Origin: Polymyxa betae A26-41
Taxonomy: Eukaryota; Protista; Endomyxa: Phytomyxea
Reading direction: 5' to 3'
Assembly: GCA_003693705.1 (NCBI GenBank)
Contig: RBZT01000574.1
Coordinates: forward strand, 1 to 60,999
DNA length: 60,999 bases
The notes beneath the pieces were generated by a model. It saw only the letters and a list, made by a program, of their open reading frames with translations. It made no database searches and was not told where the DNA came from. This document shows, one piece after another, positions 22,938 through 34,069 of this stretch; position 1 is the stretch's first letter, and the number at the start of each line of letters is the position of its first letter. The translations under genes were made by a program, and so were the position numbers.

Positions 22938-23539
22938 AGAGTCCCAAGGTCATGCCGATCTCACTAAATTGTGCTTTAACAATTTGCTAATAATAATAAA
23001 CGTATAATGTTGAAAAGCAATTTCTTAACTCGGCTTTCGGTGAAAACAAAACCTGAATGCAGCTGCTAAATATGAGGAGATATGGCGCAATTGCCTCGGG
23101 GAAAGCACGAAGACAACAGAAATAACAGCAAAATGGTCAAGAACGCGAAGGGAATGGAAGAGGCCGCCAGCAATCTGTAATTGGCTGCTGGGTGGGCTGC
23201 GGGACGGCCTGATCCTACGTCCCAGCCCCCCTCAGTGGGCTAGGGTTTCCCACTACTGAAAGCGATCAGCAGTTACGCAATTTCACTGACAGGGATCGAT
23301 CCCGACGCCGACTACCCTGATTTCCCTCCACTTTGACCCGACTAGATTGCCCCATTTTGGCGATCAGTGCAACAATCCTGTCAGGCGGGCTGGGCAGTAC
23401 GGTCGACCTGAAATATCGGCCGCTATTTATCTCGCTTAAGACCTCCAGCGCTGGTCTAGAAGTGCCCAGGCCCCCGTCACACTACTCAGCACAGAGCAGT
23501 CCTTGCCAACTGCAGTCGTCATACATACCCTTGTGCTCG

Positions 23540-24946
23540 ATGAGCAGCAGCGAATCACGCCGCTCTGATAAGCGGCGGAAGTCGCGCACGAAACGAAAAG
23601 AGGATGGCGAGGCGCCTTCCGAGTCGTCGTCGTCGCCGCTCGTCGACGACGAAAGATTCGATACCACAATCGACGAAGGCCCGAAACTCGAACTCGACCT
23701 CGAGGAAGCCGCCGCCGACGTTATGAGCGAGATCGTCAGCAACATCTGTGCCAGCCCGGGGACCTTCCAGCAGCCTCCGGTGGCGGTCCAGTTCGATCCG
23801 ACTGCGTTCGTCGCGCGGTCCGCCGAACAGCCCGAGCACGAGCGCTACATGAACGAGTTCCGCGTCAATCTCTGCGCCGCTCACGCCGACAAATCCTGCC
23901 CGAACGATTCGTACATGTGCTTCGACAGTCATTCGAAGCACACGCGACGCCCGCCGATTCTCATCTCCAACGACGAGTACAACTACGCGCCGACTCGCTG
24001 CCGCTATGTGCAGACGATGCACGGGAAGCGTCGCTGCCCGCAGGGCGACGCTTGTCGGTACGCGCACAGCACCGAAGAGATGATCTATCACCCGCTGGTC
24101 TATAAGACGCAGCTCTGCCCGCATACGCTATCGCCGACCAGCGTCTGCACGGGATTCGGGCAGCATTGCGCGAAAGCTCACGGCCCCGGCGAGCTGCGAT
24201 ACCCGGCACCCTGCAACAGCTCGACGGATCGCATCTTTCTAGCGCGGCCGACGCCGTCGTTCTCAATCTCGTTGCCGACCGACATCGAGCTGGGAATCAC
24301 GCGCGAGAACCCGGCCTTTTACATGCTCTGCTATAAGACCGATCGGTGCCCGCAGAAAAGCTGCCCGCGCACCTGCGAACGCTATCATAACTTGAAGGAG
24401 CGGCGCCGATGCCCGAAATTCTTCTTCTACTCGGAGCAGCCGTGCCCGTTCGTGAAATCGGGCGGCGCCACCAAGAACTGGCGCGATCCGTCGCGGTGTC
24501 CGGACGGCGACGTTTGCCGGTATTCGCATACGCTGCTCGAGCAGATGTATCACCCGAACATCTACAAGACCAGCCCGTGTAATAATTTCACCGAGCAGGA
24601 CTTATCAAGATGCACCTGGGGCCCTCTCTGTACGCACGCTCATGGCGCCGCCGATATGCAGCGGCAAGGGCGCGCGCTGGCCGCCTTTGATCGCGATGTC
24701 ACGAGAGCAGCTGCGCAGGCAATCCTGCGTCCTGCGAAAACAACGTCCCCGACTGTTGAGTCGCTATCGGATGATTCGACGCGGGTTCGGCCGCGCTTCA
24801 GTCTGCCGCCGCCATTGAACGGCAGCCAGATCTGGCAGCCAACCACGCAGGACGATCACGCGTTGTTCACTCGAGGCATCTGGAACGACCCGATTGTACC
24901 GACGACGTCTTCGTGGAAATCCGAGCTTAGAGTATTTCACCCATAA
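23540..24946 (+). CDS. Unkempt-like multi-CCCH zinc-finger RNA-binding protein
   Basis: CPQGDACRYAHSTEEMIYHPLVYKTQLC and CPDGDVCRYSHTLLEQMYHPNIYKTSPC, two Unkempt-type ZnF clusters. Confidence 0.85.
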   Translation: MSSSESRRSDKRRKSRTKRKEDGEAPSESSSSPLVDDERFDTTIDEGPKLELDLEEAAADVMSEIVSNICASPGTFQQPPVAVQFDPTAFVARSAEQPEHERYMNEFRVNLCAAHADKSCPNDSYMCFDSHSKHTRRPPILISNDEYNYAPTRCRYVQTMHGKRRCPQGDACRYAHSTEEMIYHPLVYKTQLCPHTLSPTSVCTGFGQHCAKAHGPGELRYPAPCNSSTDRIFLARPTPSFSISLPTDIELGITRENPAFYMLCYKTDRCPQKSCPRTCERYHNLKERRRCPKFFFYSEQPCPFVKSGGATKNWRDPSRCPDGDVCRYSHTLLEQMYHPNIYKTSPCNNFTEQDLSRCTWGPLCTHAHGAADMQRQGRALAAFDRDVTRAAAQAILRPAKTTSPTVESLSDDSTRVRPRFSLPPPLNGSQIWQPTTQDDHALFTRGIWNDPIVPTTSSWKSELRVFHP

Positions 24947-25199
24947 TATTGTATGTAGCCAACCCGACCGGATTGGAATTATTAATCATAATTGTTATAT
25001 AAGTAGAATAAATGTTTATATGTACCGATCACATGAAGTTTCGGCTGTCTGAATATAACCGTAGAACAATTTGAATGGCATTGTTGCGAGAAACAGGACT
25101 TAAGCTGAGATAAGAACATAGCAATCTTTAAACATTACGCAAACATCGTGCTTTTGAACCAGAGATATTCATTAGAAAGTAAATTAGCGGCTAGTATAA

Positions 25200-25495
25200 A
25201 AGGGATTATGGAAGACCTGCTACAAAACTTCATCAAAGATGTTTTTCAAACCCATATTTAACCATCGATCAGATAAGGAGTCCAACGAGCGCGTGGCTAG
25301 AAGAGCTTAGATCAGCAGAAACATCCTGTGATCAATGACGTCTGATTTCGGGAAAGGGATCATTGAAGACTTGCTGCAAAACTTCATTAAAGATGTTATG
25401 CAAACCCATATTTAACCATTGATCAGATAACGAGTCCAACGAGCTCATGGCTAGATGAGCTTAGATCAGAACAACCATCCTGCGATCTATGACGG
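25200..25495. repeat. Diverged tandem duplication, ~155-bp period x 2, upstream of PheRS
   Basis: GAAGAC.TGCT.CAAAACTTCAT.AAAGATG...CAAACCCATATTTAACCAT.GATCAGATAA.GAGTCCAACGAGC occurs twice. Confidence 0.85.
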
Positions 25496-25654
25496 CTGTC
25501 TTCTGGCCATGACTAAAGAAGTTCATAGGCGAAAGCCACAGAGAATAGAAATGGGTGATAGACAGCGCACCTCGTTTGGAAGATTTTAGGGGTAACGTCA
25601 CCGTGACTGCGCTGGTGGCCACGCCCCCTTCAATCACTGTCTGTAATCGACAGG

Positions 25655-27292
25655 ATGACTGTCCTGTTGAGATTTAAATGGCGTCGCTCATTCAGCTCTT
25701 TGTCGTCTTCTCTCTCTCAGAGACACTCTGATCAGGTTTCTAATATTACGCCTGCCATCTCGGCGCTGATCGGGCGCGATCTCCACCGCCAGCAAAATCA
25801 TCCCATTTGCATCGTCAAAGATTTGGTGAAGGAGTCATTCCTTTCTACGCCGCTTCTCGACCAGGTTGATGTTTTGCATTTTCATTGGCTTTCTGCTTTC
25901 GTTAAGTCTTAATTTATTCACTTTGATTAACTCCACTTAGTTGCCGCCGATTGTGAAAGTGAAGAACAACTTCGACGATTTGTTGATTCCAACAAATCAT
26001 GTCAGTCGAAGCCCATCCGACACGTTCTATGTCGATTCTGAGACGGTTTTAAGAACTCATACATCCGCTCATCAAACGGACCTTATTAAAAGCGGCTACA
26101 AAGAGTTTCTTCTATGTGGCGATTGCTATCGTCGCGACGAAATTGACGCCAGCCATTATCCTGCATTCCATCAGGTACGCATTCGTTTGGTATATATTCT
26201 TAAACTGTTTCAATTTTTAAATGACGCCTCCTGTTCTGTTTTACTTGTCCTCTGGTATTGCTCATAAGCTTACGATCTGGATAGGATAACTTGAATCACT
26301 TATTTCCAATGATTTATTTATCTATTATCAGTTTGGAGCTTTCTTTTTAGCCCTTTGATTATTATCGGCAAACGTTGCTTTCTTTCGCTTTTTGCTCATT
26401 TTCGATAAACGCAATTTAAGTGACAGTGTCATACTAGATTGAAGGCGTTCGATTGTTTCCGCAATCATCTACCTCGGAGCAGGAAGTCATCCACGATTTG
26501 AAGACTTCACTTGAGACCACTGTAAAGCATGTTTTAAGCAATTCTGGACCTGAAGGTGAAGATCTTGACGTTCGCTGGATCGATGCATATTTCCCTTTCA
26601 CTCATCCTTCGTTCGAAATGGAGGTACAACATAAGACCTTTTCACACTACCAAAGTGGATTGCTAATTCGTATTCAAGGTCCTCTATCGAGGGAAATGGT
26701 TGGAGATTCTTGGATGCGGTGCCATCCATCCGGGAGTTTTCAAATCTGCCGGTGTTGAAGACCAAGGACTTACCGGATGGGCATTCGGTAATGAGCTTTT
26801 CACTTTCAGAAGCTCTCTCGTAATATCGGTTTAGGGATCGGTCTAGAAAGATTAGCCATGGCCATGTTCGATATCCCAGATATACGCCTGTTCTGGAGTC
26901 AGGATGATCGCTTCTTATCCCAATTCCGATCAGGAGATCGCTCAGTGAGATTTGAAGCGTATTCCAAGTATCCACCTTGTATCAAGGACATTAGTTTCTG
27001 GATACCACAAGGGTTTGTTGAAAACGACTTGTTTGCATATGTACGGGAGACAGCAGGTAGAGTGTGAGATCTGCTACGCTCAATAAAAATTTCATTGTTG
27101 CTTTCAGGTGATCTAGTGGAGAGTGTTGCGTTGGTCGATCAATTCAACTGCAAACAAACTTCGCGATCTAGCCGATGTTACCGAATAACTTATCGTTCAA
27201 TGGATAGGAATCTCACTAATAATGAAGTAGATGCAATTCAGGATCAATTACGGCAACATATCGAACAATATATCAACGTTCAATTAAGATAA
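25655..27292 (+). CDS. FARS2: Mitochondrial monomeric phenylalanyl-tRNA synthetase (6 exons)
   Basis: Targeting-like N-terminus; [87 protein letters not shown]. Confidence 0.93.
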
Positions 27293-28215
27293 ATCGTACT
27301 TGAACCTCCTTTAAGTCTCTAACAACTTCTCTGAAAAATGAAGCTACCGCATGCATGAATATTTTCATCAACAACTGCCATTATTTTTCAATGTTGGTTC
27401 TTTTCATTTTGTGGTAATTTGTAAATTTGATAAATGTAGTCTGGACCGAGCATACTAACTTAATCTTGCGAGTGAGTGCTGGCTAAGAGCGATCGACAAG
27501 ATTTGGATCGACTTTGACCTCTTTCTGTTCAATGAGCTGGCGATGAAACAGTTCTAAATCAATCTAACCAGGGTGAAATAATGCTTAAGCGAGATTAGCA
27601 TCTCTACCTGTTGCCTCCTAAACTGTTGAGCAGATTTGATCGCCTCGTTATTTTGACTTAACTTGATTACGCCTAGGCCGGTGACGGCACTGGTCAACAA
27701 ATAGATGGATCGATGAAGAGTCATGTTTTGCTCGAACCTCGAACAGCGTCAGAGATATAATATGTCTTGATCGAAGATTATCGGTGAAAATACGCTAATC
27801 GAAAGTTTATGGTGTCTAAATCGTTTCACAGGATCACAAGCAAAGTATCGTTCGGAGGGTATTAATTCATCGGTGTAAGCTTTTAAATCTCTATAGCTAT
27901 CACTTCAAAGTAGTAGATATTGATAAATTTGTGCCCGATTTTCGACAAGTCTTACTGCCGATGCGTAATCGTTTCCTAATTTCTTGTCACTGGCAGCAAG
28001 CACTCCATTAATCGCAACTGCTGGTCATCAAACACATTATTTGACATCAGACACAGCTCTGAGACGATTCGTGCTCAGCATAGACACGTGCCTCCTCTAG
28101 CTAAATTCCGACGCAGATCAGCTTAGCAGCCCGATGCTCCTTTGAAATCAAAGTCGTATGCGCCCATATTGTTCTGGAACTTTCTCAAAGTCGTTTCAGG
28201 ACTTTGATTCCATCA

Positions 28216-28791
28216 ATGTCTCGTCATCAGCAGATGCCTTTCGATCTATCTGTTCCAACATTAATATCATGCGGTGGCGTATTGCTTAATGATGATCGAC
28301 GTCGAGTCTGCATACTGCATAAAGTCAAGACGAATGAATATATCCTACCGAAAGGAAAGCAGGAGCAGTGCGAAAGCTTACTGGAAGCTGCGACCAGGGA
28401 AATCTTCGAAGAAACCGGATTCCGATGCTTCATACCAGACAACTCCAATCCTATCGCTTTGTCAATTCGTAAACTGCCAACATCTGGTTTCAAGTTAATC
28501 TATTGGTTCCTGGCAGAATTGGCTCCGGGAACTACGGAAAAAGACCAGGTCGAAAACACGCAAATGCCCTATGAAAATTTCCAGCAGTACTGGCTCGATT
28601 ATGATTCCGCAATGGAGAGACTAACTGCTGATCGGGCTGTCGTTGGCTTCGCTTTTCATAGAATTGCTTCAGATTTATATGAGCAGCCTGCCAATATAAA
28701 ACCCGTCAATTTCAGTGAGTTTTCAAAAGAAACGCACACTGATGCAAATTGCCTCGATCCTATCATTTTCTTCAATGATGACTCTTTGTAG
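28216..28791 (+). CDS. Nudix hydrolase
   Basis: Nudix box LPKGKQEQCESLLEAATREIFEETG. Confidence 0.88.
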   Translation: MSRHQQMPFDLSVPTLISCGGVLLNDDRRRVCILHKVKTNEYILPKGKQEQCESLLEAATREIFEETGFRCFIPDNSNPIALSIRKLPTSGFKLIYWFLAELAPGTTEKDQVENTQMPYENFQQYWLDYDSAMERLTADRAVVGFAFHRIASDLYEQPANIKPVNFSEFSKETHTDANCLDPIIFFNDDSL

Positions 28792-28906
28792 GAAGGTGTA
28801 TCACTGTCCACAAATACAACTGGTTTCTGTTCAGGTATGATGTATGGGAAAATATATTCTGTATTATGTGTGATTACATAGATCGAGTTTACTTAGCAGA
28901 ATCAGT

Positions 28907-31900
28907 TTAGTTCCGAGAGGCATAGCGGCTTAGCGCTGGCGATCTTCGTACTGCATCGTTTGAAGGTACAACGTTGTCCAGATATGACCCGGGAACGACC
29001 TTGCCATTATCGGATTCTGTGCTGGTTGTGAATCGGTTTTTTGTCAAAGAGGAACTGGGCCCTTCAACATCGGAGTCGGTGTCATAAAATCCGTCGAGGA
29101 ATGGAGTCAGGAAAGCATCGTCGTCGCTTTGTCCAACCGGAAATTCGTAGACAATTTCCTCCAAAGTCGTCAATGGAGAATCCTGATTCGATGCGCCATT
29201 GCTCAAGTCGTCCGACAAGTAGTCGTCGATCGGCGTCATGACCATATTTTCGGCGGCGACGGATGCGAATAATGGTCCATTGACGTTGCTGATAGCAGAA
29301 GCAACGCTCATCCCAGTCGATGTGATCGAACCATCAGAATAGAGTTCACCACGAATGATGGTCGATTCGGTCAGCTCGACGACCTCGACGGGAACTTTGG
29401 GGAACATAATATAGACGAATCCGTCCTTGTTCATTTCGCTCTTCTTGACGGCTGGCATAGCGGGACGCTGGCCAATCTGATGACAGTATTCCGGGCCGGA
29501 AATCGGTCTTGGATAGTTGGCAATGTAGCTAGCGATCTGCTCACAAGTCGCCATCGACATGATCGGGATACCGCTCTCGTCCGCAGAGCGGATGTAATCG
29601 TTTATCTGCCTAGCCGAGACGTCACCATATGACTCGTTGCAAGCGCGGATGGGCAAGAAGGGGGAAGTCACCAGACGCTGTTTCGTCATATCGTTGGGCA
29701 GAGTCGAATTCAGCAAAGAGCCGGTCGGGATCACGCCGAATGCCGTATTGTTGTTGGTTGGAACGACGCCGCTTACAGGAACGGAACCATTCATGTTAGC
29801 CGGCGACGCTCGGAAAGCGACGTTCACGATCGATCCAGGGCTCATAACGGTGACGCTCGACGGGAGGTCATTGAGACCGGAAACGTTGGAGCCCCCGGTG
29901 ATCGGCATTGAAGGCATTCGCGAGAATCGGCCGTTACCGCCGGTTGAGCTCGTCAGACCAGCACCAGGTCGGAATGGCGTCCGCGACCCCATTGATGGAA
30001 TGCAATCACGGCAAGCAGCTGAAGGATAATTGCCTGTGTTCGACACCGTGTTGAAGGAAGGCGAAGGCGATCCGTTGGAAGTCGAAGATGTCGTGAAACC
30101 ATTGGAAGGCGTCGTCGATCCGATTGTAATTTGGCCATTGGAAGACAAAGGCGTCGAAGGTCCATTTGATGACGAAAGCGTCATTGATCCATTAACAGGT
30201 GACGGCATCACCGAGTTGTTAGCAGATAAAGACGTCAGGGAACCAATTGGTTTCATTGATCCGTTTTGTGTCATGGAACCATTTGAAGATGAAGGGGTCG
30301 CCGATCCATTCGCGAAAGGTGTCGTCGATCCATTCACAAGCGACGGCGTCATGGATCCATTCACGGGAAGCGTCGTCGATCCGTTTATGGTCGAAGGCGA
30401 CATAGAACCATTCACAGGGAACGTCATGGACACATTGGGAGAAGGCGCGGTCCAATTGTTCGATGCCGAAGGCGTTGAAAGGCCATTCGAAAAGGGAGGA
30501 ATGACAACTCCAATGGCAGAAGAAGGCGTCAACACTCCAATGAAAGATGAAGTTCCAGAAGAGGATGAGGGCGTCATTAATCCATTAGCAGTCGCTGGCT
30601 TCATCGAATGGTTAGAGGATAAGGGAGTCACCGGTCCATTAGGAGGCGACGGCGCCATCAAGTTATTAGAAGAAGAGGGCGTTACCGATCCAGTAACAGA
30701 CGAAGGCGTCGCCGATCCATTAGAAGTCGAAGGCGTGTTTGCTCCGTTAGCAGATGAGGGCGTTAATGGTGCATTTGCAGACGAAGGTGTTAACGAGCCT
30801 TGAGAAGACGCTGGTGTCGTCAATCCAGTGGACGGCGACGAATTCATAACACCACTCGAGGATGATGGCGAGCCATTCGAGGATGTCATCGGCGAGCCGT
30901 TAAAAGACGAAGAGCTGCTCGAAGGTGTGTTCGAGCCATTTGAAGATGAGGGTGTGAAGGCTCCATTCAAAGACGAAGGCGTCGCCGATCCAGTGGACGA
31001 AAGCGTCTGCGTGTTAGCAGCTGGTCCATTAGCAGGAGAAGGTGTGGCGTTGTTCGACGCCTGGCCATTAGAAGACGAGGTCGCCGGTCCATTTGGTGTG
31101 TTGTTGGATGTCAACTGGGCTCCGTTTGATGGATATCCCGAGAGCTTGTTAAGCGGCGACGCTGGCAACGAGCATCCCGGGCAGAGCGCGCCTGTGAGGT
31201 CCATCGTGTTCGGCGGCGTCGGCACAGGGGACGGCACTGGGGCCCGCTGGTTCATGGCGGCGTTCAGGTCGTCGAACACGGACTGTCCTTTCTTATTACG
31301 ATTTGATTTCGAATCCGAGCTGGGAGCTTTGTTAGAATCTGAGGTGGCAGCGCTTTTCGAATTCGAGCTGGAGGCGCCATTGCCGCTTGGATTCGAGTTG
31401 GTGCCTGTAAAGATCTCCGTCAGATTCGGAAGACGATGATCTCCATCACGCTTACCGATAGACTGGTTGACCTTCTGGGCAACGGCCTGCGCTTCAGGTG
31501 ATAGAACGCTGGCTTTACCGAGTTCGTTAGCAAGCAGCTGAAGGTCGACAATCGACGTGTCGGGCGTGAATTCAGCCGATGTCTTGCTTTTCGAGTTATA
31601 CGCCGAAACAACAGGCTGGTTGTTCGACATCGTCAGGGTGACCGTGGCGTTCTCATTGACTTTGCCTTCGGCGACCAATCCATCGGCCAAATCGGCAAGG
31701 ACGTTCTCGACGGCCGCGCTCTTGACCGGAGCACTGGCCTTCGAATCGATCGTGAAGTCGGTGGCGTTTTTGGCGTTCAGTTGAGCCGAAACACCACCAG
31801 GCATGGAGATATCGAACGTCTTCATTTCTTCAATGCGATCCAACTGGTAGATGTCTTCTCCAGACTTTCCGTACGAGGTGATGACAGTTGCCGTCGGCAC

Positions 31901-32230
31901 CAGAGTGTCCTGGTCGATGGCGACGATTCCGGTTTCAGCATCGTATTCGATGGGGACGATGTTGAGCACAGCGGGCGCCGATTCTTTCGTCTCGCTGCTC
32001 GTGGTGACTTTTTTCGTGGTCGTCGTAATATTAACTTTAGTGCCAGGAACGACCTCGGACGTTACTGCTGGCGGCTGGACCACGGTGACGTTGTCACGGG
32101 AGACAGTGGGCGCCGGCGTCGAGGTCGAGATAGCGACCTGAGATGGGGCGTAGCCGTACGAGTTGGTATTACCATACGAGGCATTAACACCCAATACGAA
32201 CAGCGTTATAATACATATGAGTGGCGACAT
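28907..32230 (-). CDS. Secreted Ser/Thr/Pro/Asn-rich repetitive (mucin/wall-like) protein, 1107 aa, intronless
   Basis: Signal peptide MSPLICIITLFVLGVNA; central NG(S/P)xTPSS repeats; small Cys-containing C-terminal region. Confidence 0.8.
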   Translation of the reverse strand: MSPLICIITLFVLGVNASYGNTNSYGYAPSQVAISTSTPAPTVSRDNVTVVQPPAVTSEVVPGTKVNITTTTKKVTTSSETKESAPAVLNIVPIEYDAETGIVAIDQDTLVPTATVITSYGKSGEDIYQLDRIEEMKTFDISMPGGVSAQLNAKNATDFTIDSKASAPVKSAAVENVLADLADGLVAEGKVNENATVTLTMSNNQPVVSAYNSKSKTSAEFTPDTSIVDLQLLANELGKASVLSPEAQAVAQKVNQSIGKRDGDHRLPNLTEIFTGTNSNPSGNGASSSNSKSAATSDSNKAPSSDSKSNRNKKGQSVFDDLNAAMNQRAPVPSPVPTPPNTMDLTGALCPGCSLPASPLNKLSGYPSNGAQLTSNNTPNGPATSSSNGQASNNATPSPANGPAANTQTLSSTGSATPSSLNGAFTPSSSNGSNTPSSSSSSFNGSPMTSSNGSPSSSSGVMNSSPSTGLTTPASSQGSLTPSSANAPLTPSSANGANTPSTSNGSATPSSVTGSVTPSSSNNLMAPSPPNGPVTPLSSNHSMKPATANGLMTPSSSSGTSSFIGVLTPSSAIGVVIPPFSNGLSTPSASNNWTAPSPNVSMTFPVNGSMSPSTINGSTTLPVNGSMTPSLVNGSTTPFANGSATPSSSNGSMTQNGSMKPIGSLTSLSANNSVMPSPVNGSMTLSSSNGPSTPLSSNGQITIGSTTPSNGFTTSSTSNGSPSPSFNTVSNTGNYPSAACRDCIPSMGSRTPFRPGAGLTSSTGGNGRFSRMPSMPITGGSNVSGLNDLPSSVTVMSPGSIVNVAFRASPANMNGSVPVSGVVPTNNNTAFGVIPTGSLLNSTLPNDMTKQRLVTSPFLPIRACNESYGDVSARQINDYIRSADESGIPIMSMATCEQIASYIANYPRPISGPEYCHQIGQRPAMPAVKKSEMNKDGFVYIMFPKVPVEVVELTESTIIRGELYSDGSITSTGMSVASAISNVNGPLFASVAAENMVMTPIDDYLSDDLSNGASNQDSPLTTLEEIVYEFPVGQSDDDAFLTPFLDGFYDTDSDVEGPSSSLTKNRFTTSTESDNGKVVPGSYLDNVVPSNDAVRRSPALSRYASRN

Positions 32231-32633
32231 TATTAGACGCGTTACGAAATAAAATTAACAGTTCGGTATTGGGCGAAGATAAAATAAATGATGACGCCTG
32301 TAGCAACAGTGAGCCAATTTCGACCAGCAGAGTTGACTCGTTGGACGTGACTCACAACGCGAATCAGGAATGATTCATTAGCTAGATGATAGGTTGCCTG
32401 CCTGAGATCTAATCTGGTTGGCATCAGCTGACACGGCTGGATTTGAAGACGAAAACGAAAGCAGTTTTCTTGTCTAACGAGGCATAATCAATTCCTATAT
32501 AAAAAATCAAGATTATAACAAAATATTTGTTTGCTGCCAACCATGGTTATAGAGAGAATGGTTGACAGCGATATGTAGAGAAGCCGTCCAGTGGATCGAT
32601 GTCTGCGGATTTGCAGCGGATCGCTAGTCGCCC

Positions 32634-34069
32634 ATGGCCTGCAACATCAAGCTGACCTTCCTGGGGACGTCGTCGGCCCAGCCGACCCTGAGTCGGAACC
32701 ATTCGTCGCTCGGCGTCCAGATCGACGCCGCCCTCTGGCTCTTCGTACGTTCACTTGTTTGACACTATACGAGAATGCTTAAGAAAAAACGGATATTTTT
32801 AATCGGTGTTGTTTAGGGTGGGTTTTCTCTATAACATGACGCCGCCCTCTGGCTCTTCGTTCTTCACTTGTTTGACATTACACGAGAATGTTTCAAAAAC
32901 GGATATTTTTAGTCAGTGTTGTTTAGGGTGGTTTATTTCTATAACAGGATTGTGGTGAGGCGACCCAGATCCAATTGCTACGAGCAAAGTCGTGTCGAAT
33001 CTCGCGTCTGCAGCGCCTGTTCATCACCCATCTCCATGGGGATCACGTCTTTGGCATCCCGGGGCTCATGTGCACCCTGGCTAGCTCCATCAATCAGCCC
33101 GAATTCACCCTGCATCTCTACGGTCCAGCAGGTTTTTCTTTCATCTCGAATCTTTGTTTTCGTATTGATCAAATCGCCGATTGCAGGACTTCGCAAATTC
33201 GTACGAAATGCCTTGAAGCTTTCACATTCCAGGCTGACGTACAAGTTCTCGGTAGCTGAGCTTCTCTTCGATGCGAATGACGTCGACTCGGAAGACGATT
33301 ATCACCCCGATGAGATTTGCGGCGGCGATATTCTGCCCGATTCGAATGGCATTTGGAATGTGGTGCATTCTGATCACATCTCGGTCTCAGCTGCTTTCAT
33401 AAAGCACAGAATCCCTTCTTTAGGATACGTCTTGCAAGAAGATCACGTCCCTGGTCGGCTATTGGTCGACAAGATCCAGCCTATCCTACAACAGCATGCG
33501 AAAGCGTTCGCAGAGAAGCTCGGCATTCGCAATCCGATGGCGTTGCTGGCGGGTTTCAAATCGGGTTCGCCGATTACTTTACCAGATGGATCGATCTTAA
33601 CACCGGAGTCGTTTCTTGGGCCGCCAAGGATTGCTAGAAAGATTGTTATTCTGGGTATGTTAACGATCGTGCTTGTCTATCAACGCTTTACACGTTTGTA
33701 GGCGATACCAGCGATCCATCGAATATTGCTTCCATAGCCGCCGATGCTGATGTTCTTGTGCATGAAGCTACCAACGCCTGGTTGAAGCAGGATTATGAGA
33801 CGACGACGTCAGAGGCTGTTCGGGAGCTCTGCGTTTCTCATGGACACTCGACGCCCGAGATGGCCGGGCAATTCGCTCGCCGAATCAACGCCAGGTCACT
33901 AATATTGAACCATTTCAGCTCACGATATCGCGGCGACGACTGCCCAGAAGCTCGTAGCATCATGGATGAGATTCGGCAGCTGTCTGTCGAAGCGTTCGGT
34001 TGTGATCGTGTTCTGACAGCCTATGACCTGCAAACGATCGATATTCATCGCCAAGATCATTCAGCATAA
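32634..34069 (+). CDS. ELAC1: Ribonuclease Z, short form (ELAC1-like), 4 exons
   Basis: LTFLGTSSAQPT, WLF|DCGEATQ, ITHLHGDH, HRIPSLGY, KIVILGDT, HEAT, HGHSTPEMAG, LILNHFSSRY. Confidence 0.9.
32724..32947 (+). repeat. Tandem duplication of exon end + intron (32724-32837 and 32838-32947)
   Basis: GACGCCGCCCTCTGGCTCTTCGT...ATAACA(T/G) present twice. Confidence 0.9.

Noticed and set aside
29637-32236. Long plus-strand ORFs (257 aa, 203 aa, etc.)
   Set aside because: Antisense shadows of the repetitive Ser/Pro/Thr-rich gene
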